This document shows positions 23,821-33,598 of a DNA stretch of 64,000 nt, in pieces. Origin of the DNA: Aulosira sp. ZfuVER01 (lineage in GTDB: Bacteria; Cyanobacteriota; Cyanobacteriia; Cyanobacteriales; Nostocaceae); contig JAVRCV020000083.1 of assembly GCA_034530615.2 (NCBI GenBank), positions 1 through 64,000 on the forward strand, read 5' to 3'. Position 1 is the first letter of the stretch. Each line of letters opens with the position of its first letter. A program made the position numbers and the translations under genes. The notes under the pieces are model-generated. The model saw only the letters and a list, made by a program, of their open reading frames with translations, ran no database searches and was not told the origin of the DNA.

Positions 23821-23897
23821 CTGTAAAAAGTAAATTTCATCACTAGTTAATTACTAGTAAATTGTTAGGGACAATTGTAGAAAACCATGCATGATAG

Positions 23898-23925
23898 GGG
23901 TTAGCTCACGCTAACCCTATTTTTT
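23898..23925 (+). terminator. intrinsic terminator
   Basis: GGGTTAGC-TCAC-GCTAACCC stem followed by a T-run. Confidence 0.7.
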
Positions 23926-24266
23926 ATTGAGAATATTTCTAGTTTATCAAGTATGCAATTTTGAAATTTCTAGATATTCATAAATTTTTTATATATCAAA
24001 GATTTTTATTTACCTTGCCTTTACAAATAATAGGAAAAATATCGTTATATTGTTTACGGAGAAAAATAGATCGCAAATGAATTTTTCTCAATTCCAGGTG
24101 CAATCGCTTCATCTCGATCGGAGTTCTCTGAGGAGTTAAGGTGGTCAGATCCCCGACTTCTTTAAAGAAATCGGAGATCTATAACCCCTCAGAATTAATA
24201 GGACAGACAGTAAATTGAACACAGCGAATAAAGATTAACCAACCTGCAAATCTTTGAGGTAATTGC

Positions 24267-25040
24267 ATGAAAGCAGTGATTTTGGCTGGTGGTCTGGGTA
24301 CACGCCTGAGTGAAGAAACCAGTATTAGACCTAAGCCGATGGTAGAAATTGGTGGGAAGCCAATTTTGTGGCACATCATGAAGAGTTACTCTGCCCACGG
24401 TATTAATGATTTTATTATTTGTTGTGGTTATAAAGGTTACATCATTAAGGAGTATTTTGCTAACTACTTCTTGCACATGTCAGATGTTACCTTTGATATG
24501 CGATTTAACCAGATGAATGTGCATTCTGGCTACGCTGAACCTTGGCGTGTCACCTTAGTTAATACAGGTGATAAAACCATGACAGGCGGACGCTTAAAAC
24601 GAGTTAGAGAACATCTTGGCAATAACACTTTTTGTTTCACCTATGGTGATGGCGTGAGTGATGTAAATATTACCGAACTCATTAAATTGCATAAAGAACA
24701 AAATACCTTAGCCACACTCACCGCAGTGCAACCTGCGGGTCGCTTTGGTGCCATTTCTTTGGGACAGGAACAAACTAAAATTACTAGTTTTCGAGAAAAA
24801 CCCGAAGGTGATGGTGCTTGGATTAATGGCGGTTACTTTGTGTTAGAACCAGAAGCGATCGACTTGATTGCTGATGACACCACTATTTGGGAACAAGCGC
24901 CATTAGAAAAGCTAGCTGATATGGAACAATTATCGGCTTACAAACATAATGGCTTTTGGCAGCCAATGGATACATTACGTGATAAAAATTATCTAGAAGA
25001 GCTATGGAAGAGTGGTCAAGCTCCGTGGAAAGTATGGTAA
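24267..25040 (+). CDS. rfbF: glucose-1-phosphate cytidylyltransferase
   Basis: [47 protein letters not shown]. Confidence 0.95.
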   Translation: MKAVILAGGLGTRLSEETSIRPKPMVEIGGKPILWHIMKSYSAHGINDFIICCGYKGYIIKEYFANYFLHMSDVTFDMRFNQMNVHSGYAEPWRVTLVNTGDKTMTGGRLKRVREHLGNNTFCFTYGDGVSDVNITELIKLHKEQNTLATLTAVQPAGRFGAISLGQEQTKITSFREKPEGDGAWINGGYFVLEPEAIDLIADDTTIWEQAPLEKLADMEQLSAYKHNGFWQPMDTLRDKNYLEELWKSGQAPWKVW

Positions 25041-25110
25041 GAAAATAGTTATAGGTTAACAAGGAAATTTAACTCTTAACTACTAACTTATTTTTACAGG
25101 CACAATAATA

Positions 25111-26322
25111 ATGTACGATTTTGCAATTATCGGCGGGGGCATAGTTGGACTTTCAACCGGGATGGCTTTAGGTAAACGCTATCCAAATGCACGAGTTTTA
25201 GTATTAGAGAAAGAGAGTAACTGGGCATTTCACCAAACAGGTAATAATAGTGGAGTAATTCACTCAGGAATTTATTACAAACCTGGAAGTTTTAAAGCCA
25301 AATTCTGCCGTGATGGTGCTAATTCAATGGTAGAATTTTGCCAGGAAAATGGGATTGATTATGAAGTTTGCGGCAAAGTGATTGTGGCAACTTCAGAAGC
25401 AGAAATACCACGCCTCGAAAATCTTTATAAACGTGGTTTAGATAATGGCATATCAGTCCAGAGAATTAGCGCCGAAGAAGTCAGAGAAATTGAACCTCAT
25501 GTCAGTTGTGTAGGTGGAATCAGAGTATTTTCTACAGGGATTGTTAATTACAAGCAAGTTAGCAATAAATACGCGGAATTAATTAAAAAACAAGGTGGAG
25601 ATTTACGCCTCAACACCAAAGTCGAGAAAATTCGCCCAAGTGGTAAGAATCAGGTACTGGAAACCAACAACGGCAGTTTTGAAACTCGCGTTGTCATTAA
25701 TTGTGCCGGATTGCATAGCGATCGCATTGCTAAACTAGGTCAAGTGGAACCACAAGCGAAAATTGTGCCCTTCCGGGGAGAATACTACGAACTTACAAGA
25801 GAAAAACGCTATCTCGTCAAAACTCTCATCTACCCAGTTCCCAATCCCGATTTTCCCTTCCTTGGCGTTCACTTTACCCGCATGATTGATGGTAGCGTTC
25901 ATGCAGGGCCAAATGCAGTTCTCAGTCTCAAACGCGAAGGTTATCATAAAACCGATTTTGACTTGCGAGATTTTGCTGAGGTAATGACTTACCCCGGTTT
26001 CTGGAAATTAGCAGCCAAACACGCTGATGAAGGAATCAAAGAAATTATTCGTTCTTTTAGCAAAGCCGCCTTCGTTCGTAGCTTGCAACAACTCATCCCT
26101 GAAGTTCAAGCACAGGATTTAGTTCCCACCCACGCCGGAGTTCGCGCCCAAGCCTTGAAGAATGATGGTTCCCTTGTCGATGACTTTTTGATTGTCAAAG
26201 GTCAAAACTCTATTCATGTTTGCAATGCACCTTCCCCAGCAGCCACTTCTTCTTTAGAAATTGGCAAAGCAATTGTCGAACAAATCCCCGAACCATCACA
26301 TCTAGCAGCGTCCGTTAATTAA
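25111..26322 (+). CDS. lhgO: L-2-hydroxyglutarate oxidase
   Basis: IIGGGIVG FAD motif, HQTGNNSGVIHSGIYY, PFLGVHFT, NAPSPAATSSL. Confidence 0.9.
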   Translation: MYDFAIIGGGIVGLSTGMALGKRYPNARVLVLEKESNWAFHQTGNNSGVIHSGIYYKPGSFKAKFCRDGANSMVEFCQENGIDYEVCGKVIVATSEAEIPRLENLYKRGLDNGISVQRISAEEVREIEPHVSCVGGIRVFSTGIVNYKQVSNKYAELIKKQGGDLRLNTKVEKIRPSGKNQVLETNNGSFETRVVINCAGLHSDRIAKLGQVEPQAKIVPFRGEYYELTREKRYLVKTLIYPVPNPDFPFLGVHFTRMIDGSVHAGPNAVLSLKREGYHKTDFDLRDFAEVMTYPGFWKLAAKHADEGIKEIIRSFSKAAFVRSLQQLIPEVQAQDLVPTHAGVRAQALKNDGSLVDDFLIVKGQNSIHVCNAPSPAATSSLEIGKAIVEQIPEPSHLAASVN

Positions 26323-26340
26323 TTTTCTGGTTAAGACTGT

Positions 26341-26850
26341 CAAGTCGCTTCGCTCCAATTCAAAATTCGTCTTGAAAAGTTTGCTCAACGGGGGGAACCC
26401 CCCTTCGGGTGACGCTCCTTCGTCGCTAACGCCAGTTCCCTACGGTGGGAAACCCGCCTACCCTTTGGGAACGGCTTCGCCGAACAGGACTGGACTCACC
26501 GCACGCAACTTTTCGCAAAATTCAAAATTAAAGACAATTAGTAGGAGCTTGAACTCACCACTAATTGAAGACCGCCAAATCTGCATATTGTGGCGGGGGC
26601 TTGTACCCAGAATTAATTAATTCAAAATTATTTCCATTCTTCTCTTCATTTTGAATTAACGAATTTTGCATTTTGAATTCAAAAAGGTCATTAGTCCTTT
26701 GCCATATCTACAAATGACAAAGGACAACTCAAACAAGCCAAAAAACTCTGCGTTATACCATTTCACCAAAAATATAATGCAGACGCAAACCCTGGAACCT
26801 TTGCTGAGTATCAATTTCTTAATTTTGAATTTTGAATTTTGAATTGGTAT
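26341..26850. repeat. CAAAATT STRR, nested SDR-like elements and an ATACCA-ended MITE
   Basis: 26368-26516 equals the reverse complement of 50723-50773 split by an insert of about 98 nt; 26754-26850 has ATACCA…TGGTAT ends. Confidence 0.7.
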
Positions 26851-26930
26851 TACTCTATCACTTTTCGCTGCACTTTCCTTTGCGTACCTCGGCATTTAAA
26901 AATACACTCACTCTTCACAGCAATAGAAAT

Positions 26931-27959
26931 ATGAAAATATTAGTAACTGGAACAGAAGGTTATCTCGGTTCATTATTACCTCCTCTGTTAATTGAACGGG
27001 GACATGAAGTTACTGGCGTAGATACTGGCTTCTATAAAGTTGGTTGGCTGTATAACGGTACTGATGTGACAGCCAAAACTCTCAACAAAGACATCCGCAA
27101 TATCGTCCTCAAAGATTTGCAAGGTGTCGAAGCTATCGTTCACATGGCGGAACTCTCCAACGACCCCACCGGGCAACTATCACCTAATATTACCTACGAC
27201 ATCAATCATCTCGGTTCAGTCCGCCTAGCTAAGTTAGCTAAAGAAGCAGGTGTACGTCGCTTTATCTATATGTCTTCTTGCAGTGTCTATGGCGTTGCTA
27301 CCGAGGGTGATGTCACAGAAGAATCACCTGTAAATCCGCAAACAGCCTACGCAGAATGTAAAACCTTAGTAGAACGGGATGTCATGCCATTAGCTGATGA
27401 TGATTTCTCTCCTACCTTTATGCGCAATGCTACAGCCTTTGGTGCTTCCCCCAGAATGCGATTTGATATTGTTTTAAACAACTTAGCTGGGTTGGCATGG
27501 ACTAGCAAAGAAATCAAAATGACCAGTGATGGTACTCCTTGGCGGCCATTAGTTCACGCACTGGATATATGCAAAGCAATTGTCTGCGCTATTGAAGCTC
27601 CCCGTGATATTGTACACAAGCAAATCTTTAACGTTGGAGATACTACCAACAACTACCGAGTCAAAGAAATCGCGGAAATCATTGCCGAGATTTTTACAGG
27701 TTGTCAGTTGTCATTTGGAGATAATGGTGCAGACAACCGCAGCTATCGGGTATCTTTCGATAAAATTAACACCATCCTCCCCGGATTTAAGTGTGATTGG
27801 AATGCCCAACTTGGTGCGCAGCAGCTATTTAATTTGTTCAGTCAAATTGATATGACTGAAGATACTTTCTTGTTCAGAGGATTTACGCGGTTAAAGCAAC
27901 TAGAGTATCTAATTCGCACACAGCAAATTGACAAAGACTTCTTTTGGCATAAAAGATAG
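26931..27959 (+). CDS. NAD-dependent epimerase/dehydratase (extended SDR)
   Basis: MKILVTGTEGYLG, SSCSVYG, YAECK (YxxxK). Confidence 0.9.
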   Translation: MKILVTGTEGYLGSLLPPLLIERGHEVTGVDTGFYKVGWLYNGTDVTAKTLNKDIRNIVLKDLQGVEAIVHMAELSNDPTGQLSPNITYDINHLGSVRLAKLAKEAGVRRFIYMSSCSVYGVATEGDVTEESPVNPQTAYAECKTLVERDVMPLADDDFSPTFMRNATAFGASPRMRFDIVLNNLAGLAWTSKEIKMTSDGTPWRPLVHALDICKAIVCAIEAPRDIVHKQIFNVGDTTNNYRVKEIAEIIAEIFTGCQLSFGDNGADNRSYRVSFDKINTILPGFKCDWNAQLGAQQLFNLFSQIDMTEDTFLFRGFTRLKQLEYLIRTQQIDKDFFWHKR

Positions 27960-27989
27960 TTAATATTGCTACCTGTAGCTCAAAAATTA

Positions 27990-28030
27990 CAACTCAAAAA
28001 CCTGTGATTTCGGGTTTTTGAGTTGGTTTT
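27990..28030 (+). terminator. intrinsic terminator / stem-loop
   Basis: CAACTCAAAAACC…GGTTTTTGAGTTG followed by GTTTTT. Confidence 0.6.
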
Positions 28031-28168
28031 CATGTGAATTATTTTACTGAATTAAAGTAGTTTAATTTTCTCCAAAAGTAGAAATAGTTTCCGGATTACT
28101 CTATTTGAGTTGGAATTATCACTTACAACTATTTATTTTTTTCAATTAATGACATCGTAAATGCTTAA

Positions 28169-29185
28169 ATGAGTAAATTACTAACCATTTCTATTCCTAC
28201 TTATAATCGTGCTGAATTGCTTGATAAACAGTTAGCGTGGTTGGCTCAAGCTATTAAAGGTTTTGAAGCTGAATGTGAAATTTTAGTTTCTGATAATTGT
28301 TCCACAGATACAACTCAGGATGTCATTAAGAAGTGGCAAAAAATACTCAGTAATATTACATTTAAATCTAATCGTAATTCAGTAAATTTAGGCGTAATGA
28401 AAAATATTTTATATTGCCTAAATTCTGCTACGACAAAATACGTTTGGACTATTGGTGATGATGACCCAATTCAAGATAGATCTGTTGCCTACGTAATCGA
28501 CAAACTGAAACAACACGAAGATTTATCATTAATATTTCTCAACTTCTCGGGACGCAACAAAATTACTGGTGAAGCCGTTCACCCACCAACAATAGTTGGT
28601 AATCGCTGGTTTGATGCTGATAGTGAAGATGGTTGCAGTGATGGTAAAGCCATTTTTGAACATTGTTTTTCTAAAAGTGTGGGTGCAGTCATATTTCTCA
28701 CAGCGACAATCTACCGCACTGACTTAGTAAAACAGGCTCTCCAAATTTGGCCAGATGCCGCAGATAATTGGATATCTCTAGCATATTTAGCTGGTTATTG
28801 TGCTGCTAATGGCAGTGTAATTGTCACTAAAGAGACTTTTTTAGAATGTATTGTTGGTGTGAGTTATTGGCAGAAAGAGCCAAGGTCTGCACTATTAATG
28901 CAATACAAACATATACCCGAAGTTATTTTAAAGCTTGAAGATAGCGGCTATTCTAAGCAATTTTGTAGAAGAATGCTTTTGCAAAATGGTAAAGAAGTTA
29001 GCTTCAAAGTCTTTTTAGGTGCTTTAAGAAGATGGCCGATGTCGGCTATTAAAACAGTAATCCCCTTTTTGGCTTTAATCGGATTATCTGCTTTTGAAGT
29101 CATGCCTTTGAGAGAGTTGAAAATATCTGAACTCAACGAAACATCTCATCAAGAATTGCAATCTAACAATAAACGTTTACTGTAA
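28169..29185 (+). CDS. glycosyltransferase family 2
   Basis: ISIPTYNR, SDNCSTD, GDDD. Confidence 0.9.
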   Translation: MSKLLTISIPTYNRAELLDKQLAWLAQAIKGFEAECEILVSDNCSTDTTQDVIKKWQKILSNITFKSNRNSVNLGVMKNILYCLNSATTKYVWTIGDDDPIQDRSVAYVIDKLKQHEDLSLIFLNFSGRNKITGEAVHPPTIVGNRWFDADSEDGCSDGKAIFEHCFSKSVGAVIFLTATIYRTDLVKQALQIWPDAADNWISLAYLAGYCAANGSVIVTKETFLECIVGVSYWQKEPRSALLMQYKHIPEVILKLEDSGYSKQFCRRMLLQNGKEVSFKVFLGALRRWPMSAIKTVIPFLALIGLSAFEVMPLRELKISELNETSHQELQSNNKRLL

Positions 29186-29205
29186 ATAGTAAAAACAAAT
29201 TAGGG

Positions 29206-30069
29206 ATGATGATTAATAGATTAAAAAAAAATATTTCAGCGTTGAAATATGAAATGAGTTATAGAGTAAAACTTTTGCAGCATTTACCCAATTTACCCGC
29301 ACTGGAAGAACGCGATCGCATAATTGTTGAATCTCTCCAACGTGATGGTATTTATATCACAACTCTTGCGGATTTAGGATTAACTTCTACCACACAAATG
29401 CTGAATGCTGCTCACAGTTTATTACCAGAAATGGGAAAAACTAACTACAGCGATTCCAGCCACAACCCCCCGGAAATTTACATAGTTACAGATTTACCAG
29501 ACATTTTTAACTGGGGTGGAGAACAAAGGCTGCACAACATTATCGAAAATTACATCGGTCTTCCTATTGCCTATCATGGTGTACATTTACGCAAAGACTT
29601 TGTAAATCAGGGTCAGTTTGATACTCTACTATGGCATAGAGATATAGAAGACCGTCGAGTTCTCAAAATCATCGTCTACTTAAGTGATGTGGAAGAAAAG
29701 CATGGGCCTTTTGAATATGTGCCTTTATCTTTAACCTCCATGTATCGGCTGAATTTTTATCGCATTCAAGCCAAGATTAAGAACTCAGGAATCAACAACG
29801 AAACCCTAAATAAAATTGTACCAAAATCAGCTTGGAAGTCTTGCACAGGAGCAGCAGGTACAGTAATTTTTGCTGATACAAGAAGACTTTTACATCATGG
29901 TACTCTCCGCACTGAAGAACGTTCAACACTCTTTTTTGTCTACACTGCTAACCCCCCGAAACAACCACAACTTTGTACTCACTACTGGGATAATAGTTTT
30001 CCCCGACCAAAATTAGCTCAAGCATCTGGCGAAACGAAAGTGGGCACATCGCCCACATTAACAAAATGA
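29206..30069 (+). CDS. 2OG-Fe(II) oxygenase (PhyH-like)
   Basis: WHRD…GPFEYVP…AGTVIFAD…HHG facial-triad pattern. Confidence 0.8.
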   Translation: MMINRLKKNISALKYEMSYRVKLLQHLPNLPALEERDRIIVESLQRDGIYITTLADLGLTSTTQMLNAAHSLLPEMGKTNYSDSSHNPPEIYIVTDLPDIFNWGGEQRLHNIIENYIGLPIAYHGVHLRKDFVNQGQFDTLLWHRDIEDRRVLKIIVYLSDVEEKHGPFEYVPLSLTSMYRLNFYRIQAKIKNSGINNETLNKIVPKSAWKSCTGAAGTVIFADTRRLLHHGTLRTEERSTLFFVYTANPPKQPQLCTHYWDNSFPRPKLAQASGETKVGTSPTLTK

Positions 30070-30081
30070 GGTAATCACGCC

Positions 30082-30906
30082 ATGCTCAAAACATTGGAAA
30101 GTAAAATATCGGCATTAAATTCCGAGTTTGCTTATAGATTCTCACGTTTCAAGCACAGAAAAAATTTACCTGCTTTAGAAAAACGCGATCGCCTAATTCT
30201 CAATGCGCTCAAAAAAGACGGCGCTTATGTGACAACACTCGCAGATTTAGGATTAAAAACTACGCCAGAATTACTCCAAGCTGCGCATAAATTATTACCA
30301 ACAATGGTAGCTAATAGCAATCATCAAGCCCAACAGCTACCGCAAATTTACACAGTTACAGATTTCTCAGAATTTACAGCTTGGGGACACGAACAAAGGC
30401 TGCTGAATATTATTGAAAATTACCTCAGTCTTCCTGTGGCTTTTCAAGGCGTACATCTCCGCCAAGATTTCCCTAACCAAAATCAGTTTGGGACGCTGCT
30501 ATGGCATAAAGATTCTGAAGACCGCCGCATGGTGAAAATAATTATTTATTTGCACGATGTGGAAGAAAAACACGGGCCTTTTGAATATGTCCCTTTAAGC
30601 TCTTTATCTAATTTAAATTCCTATTGGATTGATTACAAGTTATGGAAGTCCGGATATTTAGGAATTAATGATGAAGAATTAAAAGCAATTATTCCACAAT
30701 CAGCTTGGAAATCTTGCCCAGGCCCAGCAGGTACAGTTATTATTGCCGACCCTAGAACTGTGTTACATCATGGCACTCTGCGAACAGAAGCAAGGCCAGC
30801 ACTATTTTTTGTTTACACAGCAAATCCCCCCAAGCGTCCAGAACTTTGTACTCAATACTGGGATGATACTTTTGCCAAACCAGATGTAGCTAAAGTGGCG
30901 ATTTAG
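30082..30906 (+). CDS. 2OG-Fe(II) oxygenase (PhyH-like), paralog of the preceding gene
   Basis: WHKD…GPFEYVP…AGTVIIAD…HHG; highly similar to 29206-30069. Confidence 0.8.
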   Translation: MLKTLESKISALNSEFAYRFSRFKHRKNLPALEKRDRLILNALKKDGAYVTTLADLGLKTTPELLQAAHKLLPTMVANSNHQAQQLPQIYTVTDFSEFTAWGHEQRLLNIIENYLSLPVAFQGVHLRQDFPNQNQFGTLLWHKDSEDRRMVKIIIYLHDVEEKHGPFEYVPLSSLSNLNSYWIDYKLWKSGYLGINDEELKAIIPQSAWKSCPGPAGTVIIADPRTVLHHGTLRTEARPALFFVYTANPPKRPELCTQYWDDTFAKPDVAKVAI

Positions 30907-30952
30907 TGCTGTTTTCTAGTGTAAAAAATCAAAATTAATTCTGAGGTTATCT

Positions 30953-31504
30953 ATGATTTTTATTCAAACCGAACTGAAAGATGCATTCATTATTGAATTA
31001 GAAAAAAAACAAGATAGCCGTGGTTTTTTTGCCCGGAGTTTCTGCGCTGAAGAATTTATGAGACATGGTTTAAAGCCAAAAGTTGCCCAATGTAATGTGT
31101 CTTTCAACTACAAAAAAGGTACATTGCGGGGGATGCACTATCAACTTTCGCCAGCAGCAGAAACAAAATTAATTCGCTGTACTAAAGGCGCTATTTATGA
31201 CGTGATTATTGATATGCGTCCTGAGTCGCCCACATTTTTATCACATATTGGTGTGGAACTAACCGCAGACAATCACCGCGCTTTGTATGTTCCAGAAATG
31301 TTTGCTCATGGCTATCAAGCGCTGACAGATGATACTGAGGTTGTATATCAAGTAGGTGAATTTTACACTCCAGGTTATGAAAGGGGTTTACGTTATGATG
31401 ACCCATTTTTTAACATTCAATGGCCTTTAGAAGTCACAGAAATCTCTGAGAAAGATTTAAATTGGCCACTATTGAGCATGATGCCTGTTGGTGGGGCGAT
31501 ATAA
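30953..31504 (+). CDS. rfbC: NDP-4-keto-hexose 3,5-epimerase (RfbC/RmlC family)
   Basis: DSRGFF, GTLRGMHYQ, D.RP.SPTF, FAHGYQAL, ISEKD. Confidence 0.9.
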   Translation: MIFIQTELKDAFIIELEKKQDSRGFFARSFCAEEFMRHGLKPKVAQCNVSFNYKKGTLRGMHYQLSPAAETKLIRCTKGAIYDVIIDMRPESPTFLSHIGVELTADNHRALYVPEMFAHGYQALTDDTEVVYQVGEFYTPGYERGLRYDDPFFNIQWPLEVTEISEKDLNWPLLSMMPVGGAI

Positions 31505-31514
31505 CAATCTCGTC

Positions 31515-31650
31515 ATGGGGCATAGGGCATAGGGCATTGGTAATACCCTTGTCTCCCTTGTCCTTCTTGTCCCTCCGAAGTTCAGATCGCCGGCTTCCGG
31601 CGCTCCGACTTCTCTCCTTGTCCTTTTCATCAAGGCTGCCTTCTGCCATA
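31515..31650. repeat. STRR repeats with a small palindromic insert
   Basis: GGGCATA and CCTTGTC repeats; GAAGT…CGCCGGCTTCCGGCG…ACTTC hairpin. Confidence 0.6.
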
Positions 31651-31673
31651 AATTTATATAGGAATTAAACTCA

Positions 31674-32987
31674 ATGATTATTATCGATCGCGCTTTACAA
31701 GCCCGTGCTGCTTTAGGTAGACCCATTAAAGTAGGGATGATTGGTGCTGGCTTTATGGGTCGAGGAATTGCCAATCAAATTATTAATTCAGTCCCCGGAA
31801 TGGAGTTAGTTGCTATCTCCAACCGTAAAATTGATGCAGCCAAGCAAGCTTATATAGAAGCAGGGATAGAAGATATTCAAATTGTTGCAAATATAGCTGA
31901 AATTGAAGATGCGATCGCTCATGGTAAATATGCAGTCACGGAAGATGCAGAATTACTTTGTCGTGCTGAGGGTATCGAAGCCTTAATTGAAGTCACAGGT
32001 GCAGTGGAATTTGGGGCGCAGATTGTGATGACTGCGATCGCTCATCGCAAGCATATCATTATGATGAATGCCGAACTCGACGGCACAATTGGCCCGATCC
32101 TCAAAGTCTATGCTGACAAAGCAGGCGTGATTCTCAGCGCTTGCGACGGCGATCAGCCAGGGGTAGAAATGAACCTCTACCGATTTGTCAAAAGCATTGG
32201 TCTGACTCCGTTGTTGTGCGGTAACATTAAAGGACTTCAAGACCCTTATCGCAATCCCACCACCCAAGAAGCATTTGCCAAGCGTTGGGGTCAGAAAGCC
32301 CACATGGTAACTAGCTTTGCCGATGGTAGTAAAATTTCCTTTGAACAGGCGATCGTTGCTAACGCCACAGGGATGAAAGTTGCGAAACGGGGAATGCTGG
32401 GATATGACTTCAACGGTCATGTGGATGAGATGACCAATATGTATGACGTTGAACAGCTTAAGGAACTAGGCGGTATTGTCGATTATGTAGTAGGCGCAAA
32501 ACCAGGCCCAGGAGTATTTGTCTTTGCAACTCACGAAGACCCCAAACAACGCCATTATCTCAACCTCTACAAACTCGGTGAAGGCCCGCTTTACAGCTTC
32601 TATACCCCCTATCACCTCTGCCATTTTGAAGTTCCCCTTTCTGTAGCCCGTGCTGTCCTCTTCCAAGATGCAGTGATGTCGCCCCTAGCAGGCCCGGTAG
32701 TAGATGTAGTTACCACCGCCAAAATTGACTTAAAAGCTGGCGAAACCCTAGATGGTATCGGCTACTACATGACCTACGGACAATGCGAAAATTCTGCGAT
32801 CGCGCAACAGCAAAACCTGCTACCGATGGGATTAGCTGAAGGATGTCGCCTCAAACGCGATATTCCCAAAGATCAAGTCCTCACCTACGATGATGTCGAA
32901 TTACCCCCTGGTAGACTTTGCGACCAGCTACGAGCCGAACAAAACGCTTATTTCGCCACAGAAAAAACCCTCGTAGCTGTTGGATAA
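31674..32987 (+). CDS. NAD(P)-dependent oxidoreductase with C-terminal SAF domain (homoserine dehydrogenase-like)
   Basis: GMIGAGFMG Rossmann motif, GDQPG, SFADGSK, PYHLCHFE, SAF-like LKAGETLDG…LKRDIPKDQVLTYDDV. Confidence 0.85.
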   Translation: MIIIDRALQARAALGRPIKVGMIGAGFMGRGIANQIINSVPGMELVAISNRKIDAAKQAYIEAGIEDIQIVANIAEIEDAIAHGKYAVTEDAELLCRAEGIEALIEVTGAVEFGAQIVMTAIAHRKHIIMMNAELDGTIGPILKVYADKAGVILSACDGDQPGVEMNLYRFVKSIGLTPLLCGNIKGLQDPYRNPTTQEAFAKRWGQKAHMVTSFADGSKISFEQAIVANATGMKVAKRGMLGYDFNGHVDEMTNMYDVEQLKELGGIVDYVVGAKPGPGVFVFATHEDPKQRHYLNLYKLGEGPLYSFYTPYHLCHFEVPLSVARAVLFQDAVMSPLAGPVVDVVTTAKIDLKAGETLDGIGYYMTYGQCENSAIAQQQNLLPMGLAEGCRLKRDIPKDQVLTYDDVELPPGRLCDQLRAEQNAYFATEKTLVAVG

Positions 32988-33078
32988 AACCTCCAATTCA
33001 TAAGCAAAAACCGTATCTTTCTCTGTGTCTTTGTGCCTCTGTGGTTCAAAAAGAAATTGTTCGCCACAAAGACACTAA

Positions 33079-33513
33079 GAGGTTGTTTTGAAAGTGCTTG
33101 GATGTGATTTTAGGTACTTATTGATCCCCCCTACCCCCCTTAAAAAGGGGGAAATTATACCAATTCAAAATTCAAAATTAAGAATCCAGACAGGACAATG
33201 GTTTGGGGCTGTGTATCTATCACATTCTTTTTTCAAATTGGTATTAGAATCAAAGTCCCCCTTAAAAAGCAGGGCCGTTTCATTCCCTAAAAGGCCTGAA
33301 AATGCAAGGGTTCAGGAGATAAAAAATAAGCTTGGCATTCAATATTAGGCATCAAAATGGTCATCGATTTATGACTTTTGCCCTGATATTTATCGCCAAT
33401 CGTATTGACAAAATACATACCATTACGAATGAAACGGCCCTGCCCTTAAAAAGGGGGATTTAGGGGGATCTAAAAGTATTTGATACATCACTAATGACTT
33501 TTAAAACATCCTC
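33079..33513. mobile_element. IS5(IS1031)-like MITE carrying nested elements
   Basis: GAGGTTGTTTTGAAAGT…ACTTTTAAAACATCCTC ends flanked by TAA on both sides (33076-33078, 33514-33516). Confidence 0.7.
33270..33442. mobile_element. ISAs1-derived MITE (173 bp)
   Basis: Perfect 16-bp TIR CAGGGCCGTTTCATTC/GAATGAAACGGCCCTG and 11-bp direct repeat CCCTTAAAAAG on both sides. Confidence 0.85.
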
Positions 33514-33598
33514 TAAGCACAAAGGTTTATGAACACTAAAGTTTTTGACAGTAACTTGCTGGGAAGTATTCAACCAAACTTTAGAAGAAATAAAAATT

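Noticed and set aside
26372..26895. 82-aa and 79-aa ORFs
   Set aside because: Made of STRR/SDR/MITE sequence
31434..31774. Short overlapping ORFs
   Set aside because: Derived from STRR repeats or antisense to the oxidoreductase
33088..33348. 86-aa ORF
   Set aside because: Crosses nested MITE boundaries
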